DNA of 64,000 nt from a virus: the IMG/VR virus record IMGVR_UViG_3300025009_000080, positions 1 to 64,000 of that record. One strand, written 5' to 3'. The notes beneath the pieces were generated by a model. That model was not told where the DNA came from. It did no database searches and saw only the letters and a list, made by a program, of their open reading frames with translations. Shown here piece by piece: positions 1-7,909 of the stretch (within the stretch, counting starts at the first letter, position 1; each line of letters opens with the position of its first letter). The translations under genes were made by a program, and so were the position numbers.

Positions 1-388
1 CGCCAAGTGTGCAGTCGTTGCCAAGTGTGCAGCCGTTGCCAAGTTTGCAGCCGTAGCCAAGTGTGCAGTAGTAGCCAAGTGTGCAGTCGTTGCCAAGTTT
101 GCAGCCGTCGCCAAGTGTGCAGCCGTCGCCAAGTGTGCAGTCGTTGCCAAGTGTGCAGTCGTTGCCAAGTTTGCAGCCGTAGCCAAGTGTGCAGCCGTTG
201 CCAAGTGTGCAGCCGTTGCCAAGTGTGCAGCCGTTGCCAAGTTTGCAGCCGTCGCCAAGTGTGCAGTCGTTGCCAAGTGTGCAGCCGTTGCCAAGTTTGC
301 AGCCGTAGCCAAGTGTGCAGCCGTAGCCAAGTGTGCAGCCGTTGCCAAGTGTGCAGTCGTTGCCAAGTTTGCAGGAGTTGCCAAGTTT
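1..388. repeat. 18-bp tandem repeat, at least 21 units
   Basis: CCAAGT recurs every 18 nt from 3 to 381; minus-strand consensus CTTGGCAACGGCTGCACA. Confidence 0.97.
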
Positions 389-487
389 TATCAACCGAGC
401 CTTAAATTCTTCCTTTAACTCAGCAATATCATTGTATTCATGCTTTTGATAATTGCCGTTTTTGTCCTGTAAATAGATTGTTTTCAT
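1..487 (-). CDS. hexapeptide-repeat (left-handed beta-helix-like) protein, 3' end runs off the window
   Basis: ATG at 487 reads MKTIYLQDKNGNYQKHEYNDIAELKEEFKARLIK then (LG[N/Y/D][G/D/Y]C[T/K])n with no stop to position 1; absent from the ORF track; same strand as neighbours. Confidence 0.85.
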   Translation of the reverse strand, partial: MKTIYLQDKNGNYQKHEYNDIAELKEEFKARLIKLGNSCKLGNDCTLGNGCTLGYGCTLGYGCKLGNGCTLGNDCTLGDGCKLGNGCTLGNGCTLGNGCTLGYGCKLGNDCTLGNDCTLGDGCTLGDGCKLGNDCTLGYYCTLGYGCKLGNGCTLGNDCTLG

Positions 488-548
488 GATTGTGTTTTTT
501 TTATTTTCTCACTACTTTTTAGTTGTTTTCTCATTGCTTTTATCACTA

Positions 549-723
549 CCCCTTTCGGGGGCCGTCTTTCCGTGCTGTCACAAGTTTCGGTATGTTGCCC
601 TCTGCAATATCGCAGCTTCTCTGGCCTAATGGCCTCTCTGTAGCGGGGACGGGTATCAGTTGTTTTTTTCTTAGCGCTGCAGTAACACTCTGACAATCAC
701 CTGCAGCCTATCCCAACCCGTTA
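549..723 (-). ncRNA. putative structured non-coding RNA (hairpin cluster)
   Basis: CCCC-GAAA-GGGG (549-560), CTGC/GCAG (602-615), GGCC/GGCC (623-634), GCTGCAG/CTGCAGC (676-707); lies directly 3' of the tRNA-like element. Confidence 0.35.
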
Positions 724-740
724 TTTCCCCTTGTGGGTTG

Positions 741-834
741 CGAAGGAGCCGGGAATCGAACCCGGATGAAGGGCTTTCTCAAGTTTCCTTCTTTTCCAAG
801 AGTATTTGTGCGTCTGCCATTCCGCCACTCCTCC
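741..834 (-). tRNA. tRNA-like element / pseudo-tRNA (Leu/Ser-type D arm, no readable anticodon)
   Basis: Acceptor GGAGGAG/CTCCTTC, TGGCGGAATGGCAGACGC D arm, T arm CCGGG-TTCGATT-CCCGG, long extra arm GAAGG..CCTTC; anticodon stem does not pair. Confidence 0.7.
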
Positions 835-840
835 GTTTAT

Positions 841-851
841 TTTCAAAGATC
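841..851 (-). promoter_or_regulatory. boxA-like antitermination element
   Basis: GATCTTTGAAA 6 nt upstream of the tRNA-like element. Confidence 0.35.
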
Positions 852-856
852 GTTTG

Positions 857-893
857 ACTTGCGTCTATATAACTTGCGTCTACACAGATGTTA
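857..893 (+). other. attI-like cassette flanking site 1
   Basis: AACTTGCGTCTA(871-882)-CACAGAT-GTTA; ACTTGCGTCTA also at 857-867; same 12-mer, 7-nt spacer and GTTA at 21407-21429 on the minus strand. Confidence 0.6.
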
Positions 894-1432
894 TCGGCAA
901 CCTTAACGAGCCGCACGTTTCTTTAGCACGATAAATGCAGAATTATCTTTTAAACTATGTAATCCATCTTTTGTTTGATAATTGCAAAATTCTAACTGGT
1001 CAACTATTTTCTGTAAAGTATCATACTTTTCTTCTTCGATTTCTTCACGAGTTTTTGGTATTACAACTGGTACGGGTTCAGCAATAAAAAATAATTTACC
1101 TTTTGAACTACCTTCAACTGTCATGGGCTTAAATTTATACTTACTGCCTAATATGTCCCAATACTGGTTTATTTTTTCTTGCAAAGAACTTCCCATCGGA
1201 ACTCCGCCGCTTAAAAACATTACAGGGTCTCCGCCTCCTTTATTAATGGCGATAATATTATCCATTTCTTCTTGTGTCATTTCAAATTCTTGTCTCATTT
1301 TTTTTGTTTTTAAATTGTTAATAATTCGTTTGATATAAAAGGCAGCCGATAACACGTAATATAAAAAATTGGCTATCAGTGTTCGTGGTAGTTTGAAAGG
1401 TCAGTACAAGCCAACTTTTCATATTACCATCG
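891..1432. mobile_element. integron-like gene cassette 1
   Basis: Begins G|TTATCGGCAACC; complementary GGCAGCCGATAAC at 1341-1353; ends in a hairpin and G|TTA; single ORF inside. Confidence 0.6.
903..1298 (-). CDS. hypothetical protein (cassette cargo)
   Basis: Probable start MRQEFEM at 1298 after an A-rich leader; the track's extension to 1355 runs into the att-like site. Confidence 0.75.
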   Translation of the reverse strand: MRQEFEMTQEEMDNIIAINKGGGDPVMFLSGGVPMGSSLQEKINQYWDILGSKYKFKPMTVEGSSKGKLFFIAEPVPVVIPKTREEIEEEKYDTLQKIVDQLEFCNYQTKDGLHSLKDNSAFIVLKKRAAR

Positions 1433-1435
1433 TTA
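1341..1435. other. attC-like imperfect inverted repeat 1
   Basis: TAAC-AC-GTAATAT-AAAAAA-TTGGCT...AGCCAA-CTTTTC-ATATTAC-CATC-GTTA; A/C mismatches become G.T pairs on the other strand. Confidence 0.7.
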
Positions 1436-1657
1436 TGGTGCAACAACTGAATCCGTTTTAATCTCATACAGATACCACGCTGAATCCTGATTCATTTGTA
1501 ACATGCCCAAGTTGTGTACATTGGTTAGGCTGTCATTAATCATGCACGGGCGGCAATTCTCAAATTCAAAAGTTTTCTGGGTTTGCTTTGCCGGGAGCCA
1601 TGAAGTGATTCCGATAGCAATAAAGACAATGCTGAAATAAGTGATTTTGTAGGTCAT
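1433..1657 (-). CDS. small membrane-anchored/exported protein
   Basis: N-terminal hydrophobic stretch; three D(S/T)-hydrophobic motifs; own promoter upstream. Confidence 0.7.
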   Translation of the reverse strand: MTYKITYFSIVFIAIGITSWLPAKQTQKTFEFENCRPCMINDSLTNVHNLGMLQMNQDSAWYLYEIKTDSVVAP

Positions 1658-1702
1658 AATGTGTTTGTTTTAAGGTGCTAAATTGCTTAGCGTTTAACAA
1701 CA

Positions 1703-1733
1703 CAAAGATAGTGTACCACAACACAGATGTCAA
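1703..1733 (-). promoter_or_regulatory. promoter TTGACA-N17-TATCTTTG
   Basis: Bacteroidota -7 TAnnTTTG with TTGACA 17 nt upstream; same spacing at three other sites. Confidence 0.75.
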
Positions 1734-1768
1734 GCAAAATCTTCACTTGTTAATAACTTTGTACGACG

Positions 1769-1915
1769 CTAATCAATATAGGGTGCGTGCGGATTGCGGT
1801 ATTCGTGCATGAACTTACGGTTTTCATTGCGCTGATCCCAAAGGCACAGCAAAAAAAACCATATCCATATAGGCATAGTGAGCAATAATAATAATTGAAT
1901 AAGTTTGGTTCTCAT
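1769..1915 (-). CDS. small membrane protein (48 aa)
   Basis: MRTKLIQLLLLLTMPIWIWFFLLCLWD...; fills the gap in the operon; not in the ORF track. Confidence 0.5.
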   Translation of the reverse strand: MRTKLIQLLLLLTMPIWIWFFLLCLWDQRNENRKFMHEYRNPHAPYID

Positions 1916-1917
1916 GG

Positions 1918-2163
1918 TTACGATTCTCTTGGAAACAGAATTACTTCACCTAATCGGTGCTTACAGTCCTGTTTGATTAATGACAAAATCTCGCTTGGTT
2001 TTCCAAGTGCGATGTATTCCTTCCCTGATGACATCATTAGTTCAGTGGTATCAGGGATTTCACCCTCTGATATGGCCTCAATCCCGGCTAAAGTAAGAAA
2101 AAGGAACGGCTTAAATGCCTCATGCCCCCGAAACTTGCAAAGTATGTCAATTGTGTACACCAT
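1918..2163 (-). CDS. hypothetical protein
   Basis: Tightly packed in the minus-strand operon. Confidence 0.65.
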   Translation of the reverse strand: MVYTIDILCKFRGHEAFKPFLFLTLAGIEAISEGEIPDTTELMMSSGKEYIALGKPSEILSLIKQDCKHRLGEVILFPRES

Positions 2164-2164
2164 A

Positions 2165-2518
2165 TTATATAGGGGTTACGGGTTCGCTGATCTCTTTGGT
2201 TGATGCTTCTTTCTCGATAGCGGCATAATGAACCATGGTATTATGAAACGCTATATCGCACACATACTTTATTACTCCACGGTATTCGGAGTTCAGACTT
2301 GATGTTTTTGCCCAAATTTCGGCAATATTATCAAGAAAATAAGCACTACTGAGTTCCTCCATAGACATTCTGTCATACCAATCACGCCTGTAATGACGAC
2401 CCAGATCAGGATCCGGACGATTCCTGCGTTTACCTTTAAGGTCTTCTAATGCAATGTGTACTTGTTTCCTGAACACGGGATCAGCACAGATTTCTCCAAT
2501 TGTTTCAAATTTTGCCAT
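2165..2518 (-). CDS. hypothetical protein
   Basis: Tightly packed in the minus-strand operon. Confidence 0.7.
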   Translation of the reverse strand: MAKFETIGEICADPVFRKQVHIALEDLKGKRRNRPDPDLGRHYRRDWYDRMSMEELSSAYFLDNIAEIWAKTSSLNSEYRGVIKYVCDIAFHNTMVHYAAIEKEASTKEISEPVTPI

Positions 2519-2524
2519 AACTTA

Positions 2525-2665
2525 CTATTTATTGATTGTAAAATTAACCCACACAAGTACACAAAAAGCTAATGCAGCCCCTAAATGGTAATCATACCAT
2601 AGGCAAAATGCCAAAATCCCGGCAACACCTAAGCGAAAAATTATTAACCACCTGGGCTTTTTCAT
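2525..2665 (-). CDS. small membrane protein (46 aa)
   Basis: MKKPRWLIIFRLGVAGILAFCLWYDYHLGAALAFCVLVWVNFTINK; ATGA overlap with the upstream gene. Confidence 0.5.
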   Translation of the reverse strand: MKKPRWLIIFRLGVAGILAFCLWYDYHLGAALAFCVLVWVNFTINK

Positions 2666-2991
2666 GGCATATTGATTTGTTTATAGTGATGCTCAAAATA
2701 CTGTTTTTTCTCAACACAGGCGTAGCCATTAGAATATGTTAACACATAATCTCCTTTTTCAATCCATTCAAACGGATACGGAACACCAAATAGTAGAGCA
2801 ATATCTTTATTCACATCATTTGGTTTCGGGAGTTTGAATAAGTAGAACACCTTATCGCCTCTCGATTCATACAGCGACTTTGCCAGTACCTTCTTTATAA
2901 ACCCTTCGTCTGCCAGGAGTACGCCATCAGGAGTATAGTCATCCGTAAACTGCTCGGCTTCCACAATTTCTTTTGAATAGATTTTTTTCAT
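2662..2991 (-). CDS. phage hypothetical protein
   Basis: IVEAEQF...KGDYV...YFEHHY pattern typical of a common small phage family. Confidence 0.7.
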   Translation of the reverse strand: MKKIYSKEIVEAEQFTDDYTPDGVLLADEGFIKKVLAKSLYESRGDKVFYLFKLPKPNDVNKDIALLFGVPYPFEWIEKGDYVLTYSNGYACVEKKQYFEHHYKQINMP

Positions 2992-2997
2992 ACCATA

Positions 2998-3321
2998 TTA
3001 TATAAGAGGTTTAAAAACTACCGAAACAACGCCTTCTTTATCCCGCAAAATCCCCACTCCATAAAGGTGTGCAAAACTCATATCCACACACTCATAAGCA
3101 TACCCAACCTTACCCTCACTTTCCGAAAGCCAAAACGCTACCACAGGGTTTACCCCAAGTACTTCAAGCAATCGTAACAGCACGTCAACTCGCAAGTGCC
3201 TGACTCCATGTTCAACCATACTCAGGTACGCTGCCGTACAGCCAAGTGTTTCTGAGAGTTCGTGCTGCCGAATCTTTTTACCCCTGCGGAGTCCTTTTAT
3301 TACCAAGCCCATGTCTTTCAT
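2998..3321 (-). CDS. XRE-family HTH transcriptional regulator
   Basis: LRRGKKIRQHELSETLGCTAAYLSMVEHG. Confidence 0.85.
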   Translation of the reverse strand: MKDMGLVIKGLRRGKKIRQHELSETLGCTAAYLSMVEHGVRHLRVDVLLRLLEVLGVNPVVAFWLSESEGKVGYAYECVDMSFAHLYGVGILRDKEGVVSVVFKPLI

Positions 3322-3998
3322 TATTCTGGAAAATTTATTTTTTGCTGACTGATATGGTTGTTATACCGCTTCACGGCTGCATCGTAATAATCCTTATCCA
3401 GTTCGCAGATGACCAGACTCAGATCCATTTTCTCGACCGTGTTGGCTTCATGTACCGCAATTGCAAGGCTCATACTGCCGCCGTGGGTGTCGAGAATGGA
3501 TTGTCCATGCTTAACGTAGTTTTTGAGAATCCAACGGTATAAGGCGACGGGTTTTTGTGTAGGATGCACCCTAACTTCCTTATCCTTCATATTTTCTTGT
3601 AACATCCCATTCCACATAAAACGGAATATATCTACCGATATACCAAATGACTTCATTGCAATTTCGCACTGCGAAAAACTGCTTTTGTCATTTTTCTTAT
3701 CCCAAACGATACGCCCAACATTTCGGGAATATTTTGCATAGTAATTAATTCCCCAAATTATTTGATCAGTACTTGCCCTATACAATTCGTCAAAATACCT
3801 TCTTCCCGGAATCATCCAGTGTTTTGAGTGAAATCTATTCCTTTTTATACCCGTAGTGCTAATTTTAGCACCCGGATAGATTTCTTTCCCATAATCAGAA
3901 AAATAAGGAGAATCGACTATGGCAATATCGAACTGCTTATCCTTACAGGTTGCCAGATATTCCATGCAGTCGATGTTTAATAATCTTATCTCACTCAT
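3321..3998 (-). CDS. DNA amino-methyltransferase (N6-A/N4-C, beta-type order)
   Basis: DCMEYL, motif IV variant IVDSPY, HPTQKPVALY, motif I variant ILDTHGGSMS, ELDKDYY. Confidence 0.9.
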   Translation of the reverse strand: MSEIRLLNIDCMEYLATCKDKQFDIAIVDSPYFSDYGKEIYPGAKISTTGIKRNRFHSKHWMIPGRRYFDELYRASTDQIIWGINYYAKYSRNVGRIVWDKKNDKSSFSQCEIAMKSFGISVDIFRFMWNGMLQENMKDKEVRVHPTQKPVALYRWILKNYVKHGQSILDTHGGSMSLAIAVHEANTVEKMDLSLVICELDKDYYDAAVKRYNNHISQQKINFPE

Positions 3999-4002
3999 AA
4001 CC

Positions 4003-4323
4003 CTACCTCTTACTTATCGAAATACAAACACCATCCTTACCTCGTAAAATTTCAATGCCATAGTAATACCACATCCCGACATCTATCATGCGAACAAAAC
4101 CATTATCTCCACAAGATTGTGTCTCCGAAACCCAACTCCATACGCCCATGGTTATCCCACTCAAAGCACAGACTTGTTCAATCAACCCAATATCAGGACT
4201 CCTGTCTCCACTCTCGATCATACTTACATACTGACGACTCACCTTCAGTCTCTTCCCAAGCTCCGCCTGAGTCATTCCCATCTTCTTTCTGCATAATGCA
4301 ACTACTCCCCCGAAAAATTTCAT
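4003..4323 (-). CDS. XRE-family HTH transcriptional regulator
   Basis: RKKMGMTQAELGKRLKVSRQYVSMIESG; start moved to ATG 4323, downstream of the promoter. Confidence 0.85.
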   Translation of the reverse strand: MKFFGGVVALCRKKMGMTQAELGKRLKVSRQYVSMIESGDRSPDIGLIEQVCALSGITMGVWSWVSETQSCGDNGFVRMIDVGMWYYYGIEILRGKDGVCISISKR

Positions 4324-4346
4324 AGTTTGTTGGTTAAATGTCAGCG

Positions 4347-4377
4347 CAAAGTTAACATTACACACCCCTCTTGTCAA
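4347..4377 (-). promoter_or_regulatory. promoter TTGACA-N17-TAACTTTG
   Basis: Same architecture as 1703-1733. Confidence 0.75.
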
Positions 4378-4379
4378 GA

Positions 4380-5398
4380 AATTACACCCAAACTTATCAA
4401 CAGCCACCCAAAATCACTCTCCAACCCACTTTCTGATACCAAAAATCCCGCAATTCAACCCTCACTATATAATATGGTGTACCCCAATCAAATCCCTTAT
4501 TTCGTCAACTGCTTATTATTCAACTATATAACCTTTTTAGTAAACAAACCAGCTTGTCTCCACACGGTGGCAATACTTGACCAACCTGTCTACTGTTATA
4601 CAACACTCACTTATTCAAGGATTCATATTTGTAGGGGTTTTTATTCTATTTGTAGGGGTACTATGTACTAAAAGACCCCCCAGCCGTCCTTAAATGGGGA
4701 AACGGGAGCGCAAAACATGGGCAAATTTTCCTATTAGCGGACGTATTATTATCCATTATCCATTATATACATTCGCTTTGTGTTTTCAATTGCTTGATTT
4801 ATAGTTAGTTATATTCTACTTAACATAATACTAATTATAGGACGGAACAGAATAGTGCAAATTTACTGAATAATAGCCGGTTAAATTGAATCTAACTGTC
4901 TGATCTTGTTTTATTTACGTGTCAATATTCTCTCCCTCGCTTTTGTTAAGTACATTAAGTACACCGGTTTAGTGTACATTCGGGAATGGTTTTGTTGTAC
5001 TGTGTTACTTATAAGGTGGTGTCTTGTGTTTTTTGGTGTTTACTATTTTTTTGTTTGCGGGGATTCAGCAAAAGTACGGGGGTACATTATTATTTACCTT
5101 GCTTGTTTGTTGCTTGATCTCTTTACTTCCTTTAATAGTGGTGTAACCTGACTTTGTATCTTCATGGTCAATGTATTCTTGTTCCTGGCTCACTGGTTTG
5201 TTATTGTGGTTGGTTTGTTGTTATTGTTTGCCAGATTTCAGCCATTTATTATTTAGATTCTGTCTAAATTGCATTTATTTTCAATTTATTTGCATTTTGC
5301 CAATTCTCATATAGTCCTTATTACTGTAAGAATAGCCTGTATTTGGTATCTATTAATGTTTTATATTGTGTTTTATTCGTGTCGGGAACGTGTAAAAC
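4380..5398. other. about 1-kb non-coding region between divergent transcription units
   Basis: No convincing ORF; C/A-rich left half, T/G-rich right half. Confidence 0.6.
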
Positions 5399-5425
5399 TG
5401 TTGTAATATTGCAGCGTTATACAAC
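5399..5425 (+). promoter_or_regulatory. conserved promoter/operator motif, copy 1
   Basis: TGTTGTAATATTGCAGCGTTATACAAC; 25/27 identical to 21927-21953; contains GTTGTA-N14-TACAAC dyad. Confidence 0.7.
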
Positions 5426-5449
5426 GTTAACAATTTAACACCTCAAATC

Positions 5450-5785
5450 ATGAGTACAATTAATAGAAATTATCTTACTGAATACCTTGAATGCTTAATT
5501 GATTCAGAGGGCATAAGCGTAAGACATATAAACGGATCAGTTAGCGAACCGGATGCAATGTTGACAGAATGCAATTCCGGAGGCTTATTAATTAAATTGA
5601 TTTCGGATGAAGCCGTTATTTGTTGGCGTGATTGGGCAGGTGATGAAATAATCATCCCTAAAATTTGTGAAATTACACACGAATACACACCGGACGACGA
5701 AGAGGAGGGAAGTTATTTAACTTTTTGTTTCAGCTTTGCCGGAAACCAATATCAGTTAAATAACTTTATGCGTATAAACCATTAA
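5450..5785 (+). CDS. hypothetical early protein
   Basis: First ORF after the promoter motif. Confidence 0.7.
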   Translation: MSTINRNYLTEYLECLIDSEGISVRHINGSVSEPDAMLTECNSGGLLIKLISDEAVICWRDWAGDEIIIPKICEITHEYTPDDEEEGSYLTFCFSFAGNQYQLNNFMRINH

Positions 5786-5890
5786 AACTAATGGAAACAA
5801 CCCTATATATTTTAAGTGGTGTTATACTCCTTTTTGGTATGTTACCACGCAGACAGCAAAATAAATTCTAACCTTTTAATACTTACAACC

Positions 5891-6199
5891 ATGAACCAAA
5901 CACCAAAAGGATTAATAGCAAGCATTTACAGAGATGAATACAAATGCAGGCTGAACAAATTAGACAACTTCCAAAGTGTAGTTGTAATTGATCCGGAATT
6001 AGACCCTATTTTTGAGCCTAAAAGCGACATGCCAGCCGTGAGACTGGTCAGGCATACATTTTTCGGCAAACCCTACATTCACGCAGAACCAATGGAACCC
6101 GGCATGTATATGTTTGGGGGTTCGTTCATTTATAGCAGTGATAGCAGATTAAACGCCATCAATAAATACCCGATACCATTACACGATAGACAAGAATAA
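5891..6199 (+). CDS. hypothetical early protein
   Basis: Probable start MNQTPKG at 5891; MFGGSFIYSSDSR...PIPLHDR pattern. Confidence 0.75.
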   Translation: MNQTPKGLIASIYRDEYKCRLNKLDNFQSVVVIDPELDPIFEPKSDMPAVRLVRHTFFGKPYIHAEPMEPGMYMFGGSFIYSSDSRLNAINKYPIPLHDRQE

Positions 6200-6223
6200 T
6201 TTTAACCTTTTAATACTTTTACA

Positions 6224-6637
6224 ATGGACTACCAGCAAATTAAAAAACAGACACAGGATAATTTAACAGTCCTGTTTGAGAAATACGGTGTATTTTTTGC
6301 CTTCTCAAGTGAACAGTTTGAAGAGGGAATGAAGAAATACCCTGTTAATGAAGGTGAAAAATACAGCAGTTTAGGCATGGGCGGATACCTGCCAGCAAAA
6401 AATAAGGCTGGTTTTCGTGCTGAATATGATAAGTTATATGAAGACGAGCGCAAAGCACTGAAGGCGGCAAAGCACGAAGCAGAAAATGCCATTCGTTACG
6501 AGCTTGCGAACTATGAATGTTATTACTCTAATGACATTTCTCCCGTAGTTGATATATTTAAAGGTATTTACACCCGTGCGCAAATCGTAAAAGTTTACCA
6601 CAAGAACAGGGCAGAATATCTCGAAATTCACGGATAA
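6224..6637 (+). CDS. conserved phage hypothetical protein
   Basis: FFAFSSEQFEEG...YELANYEC pattern. Confidence 0.8.
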   Translation: MDYQQIKKQTQDNLTVLFEKYGVFFAFSSEQFEEGMKKYPVNEGEKYSSLGMGGYLPAKNKAGFRAEYDKLYEDERKALKAAKHEAENAIRYELANYECYYSNDISPVVDIFKGIYTRAQIVKVYHKNRAEYLEIHG

Positions 6638-6649
6638 AAACACCGGCAG

Positions 6650-6693
6650 CCCGTTGAACGCTGAAATTATCCGGAGCGATACCGGCAACGGGA
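6650..6693 (+). ncRNA. mini tRNA-like fold (acceptor + T-like arm)
   Basis: CCCGTTG...CCGG-AGCGATA-CCGG-CAACGGG-A. Confidence 0.45.
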
Positions 6694-6720
6694 CTAAATT
6701 AAACCTTAAAACTAAACACC

Positions 6721-7035
6721 ATGAAAAAAAGTAAAATTATCTGCATCCACATTCATTCCTTAACATGGTTTGACAAAGTAAACGGAAACAGCTATTTTAG
6801 CTCCGTAGTATCAGTTTACCGGAACGGCAAAAACAGACCCGTTGAGTTTATTAAATTGCCGTTTCAGTATGGACACGGGAGCCAACCAGAACACGAAGCC
6901 AAAACCGAATTGATTAATTTAAAATACATTCAGGACACCAATACACTTTGGAGATATTGCGATGAAAAAGGTATTATTTTAATATCCACAAAGACGGACG
7001 CAACGAAGGCGCAAGTTAAGGAATACGGAAAGTAA
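6721..7035 (+). CDS. hypothetical early protein
   Basis: WFDKVNGNSYFS...PFQYGHG pattern. Confidence 0.75.
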   Translation: MKKSKIICIHIHSLTWFDKVNGNSYFSSVVSVYRNGKNRPVEFIKLPFQYGHGSQPEHEAKTELINLKYIQDTNTLWRYCDEKGIILISTKTDATKAQVKEYGK

Positions 7036-7080
7036 CCCGAAAACACCCCAAAACCACCAACCCATATAACACACAAACCC

Positions 7081-7230
7081 ATGAAACAGCTAACAGAAGC
7101 CGAAGTAAACAGATTACAGGACTACATTAATAGTCTACAATTCGAGTGTGACAAGGCAAAAAAGACCGGATATGTAGCTGAAAGTTACATAAAAGAAAAA
7201 ACAAGAGCCATAAACAATTTAATAAAATAA
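7081..7230 (+). CDS. small hypothetical protein (49 aa)
   Basis: MKQLTEAEVNRLQDY...; A/C-rich leader; not in the track. Confidence 0.55.
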   Translation: MKQLTEAEVNRLQDYINSLQFECDKAKKTGYVAESYIKEKTRAINNLIK

Positions 7231-7233
7231 GAC

Positions 7234-7500
7234 ATGGAGACCAAGAAGGACAAAATTAAAAAGTTAGCTGTTGAGATGCTAAACGACAACCACAGCGCAA
7301 TGATTCAAAAAATTGACAGGGCATTAAATTGTGGAGTCATTGATCCGGACACATGGGACGACTGCCATAATTTTATGATCCTGCCAAAATGTATTTTAAT
7401 AGCAGTACTGGAAGACGCAGCAACCCAATACAGCGCAAGCGGAACCATATTTGAAAAGCAGATCAAAAAGGACGTTAAAAACATTCGATTATTCATATAA
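7234..7500 (+). CDS. hypothetical early protein
   Basis: In operon. Confidence 0.7.
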   Translation: METKKDKIKKLAVEMLNDNHSAMIQKIDRALNCGVIDPDTWDDCHNFMILPKCILIAVLEDAATQYSASGTIFEKQIKKDVKNIRLFI

Positions 7501-7523
7501 AATAACACCCTGCAAAAATACAA

Positions 7524-7569
7524 CCCCTGATCCTAAGAAGACAATCCGACAGCGAGAGCGGACAGGGGA
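7524..7569 (+). ncRNA. structured intergenic motif, copy A
   Basis: CCCCTG-ATCCTAAGAAGACAA-TCCG-ACAGCGAGAG-CGGA-CAGGGG. Confidence 0.5.
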
Positions 7570-7615
7570 CAAACACTAACTAAAACCGGGGACGGGGCAA
7601 CCGAACACAAAAAAC

Positions 7616-7795
7616 ATGACAAATTTAGAAGTAAAGATTTCAGAAGACAAAAAGACGGCTACAATTGTAATCGACTTGACAAAAAGAGCCGGACGCAGCG
7701 CAAGCGGCAAAACAATGGTAATTGCAACCACTAACGGCAACGCTCAGATTGAACCAGGGATTTTTTTAGGTGTAAATTGTTACACAAAGGATTAA
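7616..7795 (+). CDS. small conserved hypothetical protein (59 aa)
   Basis: MTNLEVKISEDKKTATIVIDLTKRAGRSASGKTMVIATTNGN...LGVNCY; not in the track. Confidence 0.75.
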   Translation: MTNLEVKISEDKKTATIVIDLTKRAGRSASGKTMVIATTNGNAQIEPGIFLGVNCYTKD

Positions 7796-7835
7796 CCGGA
7801 TTAACACCCACAAGACACGGCTAAAACCCTGTTTT

Positions 7836-7882
7836 CTCCCTGCATTCTAAGCGAACAACCGACTCACGACCGGAGCAGGGAG
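7836..7882 (+). ncRNA. structured intergenic motif, copy B
   Basis: CTCCCTGC-ATTCTAAGCGAACAA-CCG-ACTCACGAC-CGG-A-GCAGGGAG. Confidence 0.5.
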
Positions 7883-7909
7883 CAGATATTAACCTTAACA
7901 CCTAAAAAC

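Noticed and set aside
1-388. CRISPR array or DGR variable region
   Set aside because: No unique spacers; no reverse transcriptase or template repeat in the window, although several variants resemble A-to-N changes.
7-405. Cys-rich (QVCSRC)n ORF on the plus strand
   Set aside because: Antisense shadow of the minus-strand hexapeptide gene, which has a proper start and leader.
484-696. 70-aa minus-strand ORF
   Set aside because: Non-ATG start, no recognisable motif, and overlaps the hairpin cluster; the ATGA overlap alone is weak support.
882-1730. ACACAGATGT at 882-891 and 1721-1730 as a target-site duplication
   Set aside because: Only 10 bp, does not match the cassette boundaries, and has no equivalent at cassette 2.
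4327-5151. ORFs 4327-4671 and 4906-5151
   Set aside because: TTG starts and low-complexity translations reflecting strand skew.
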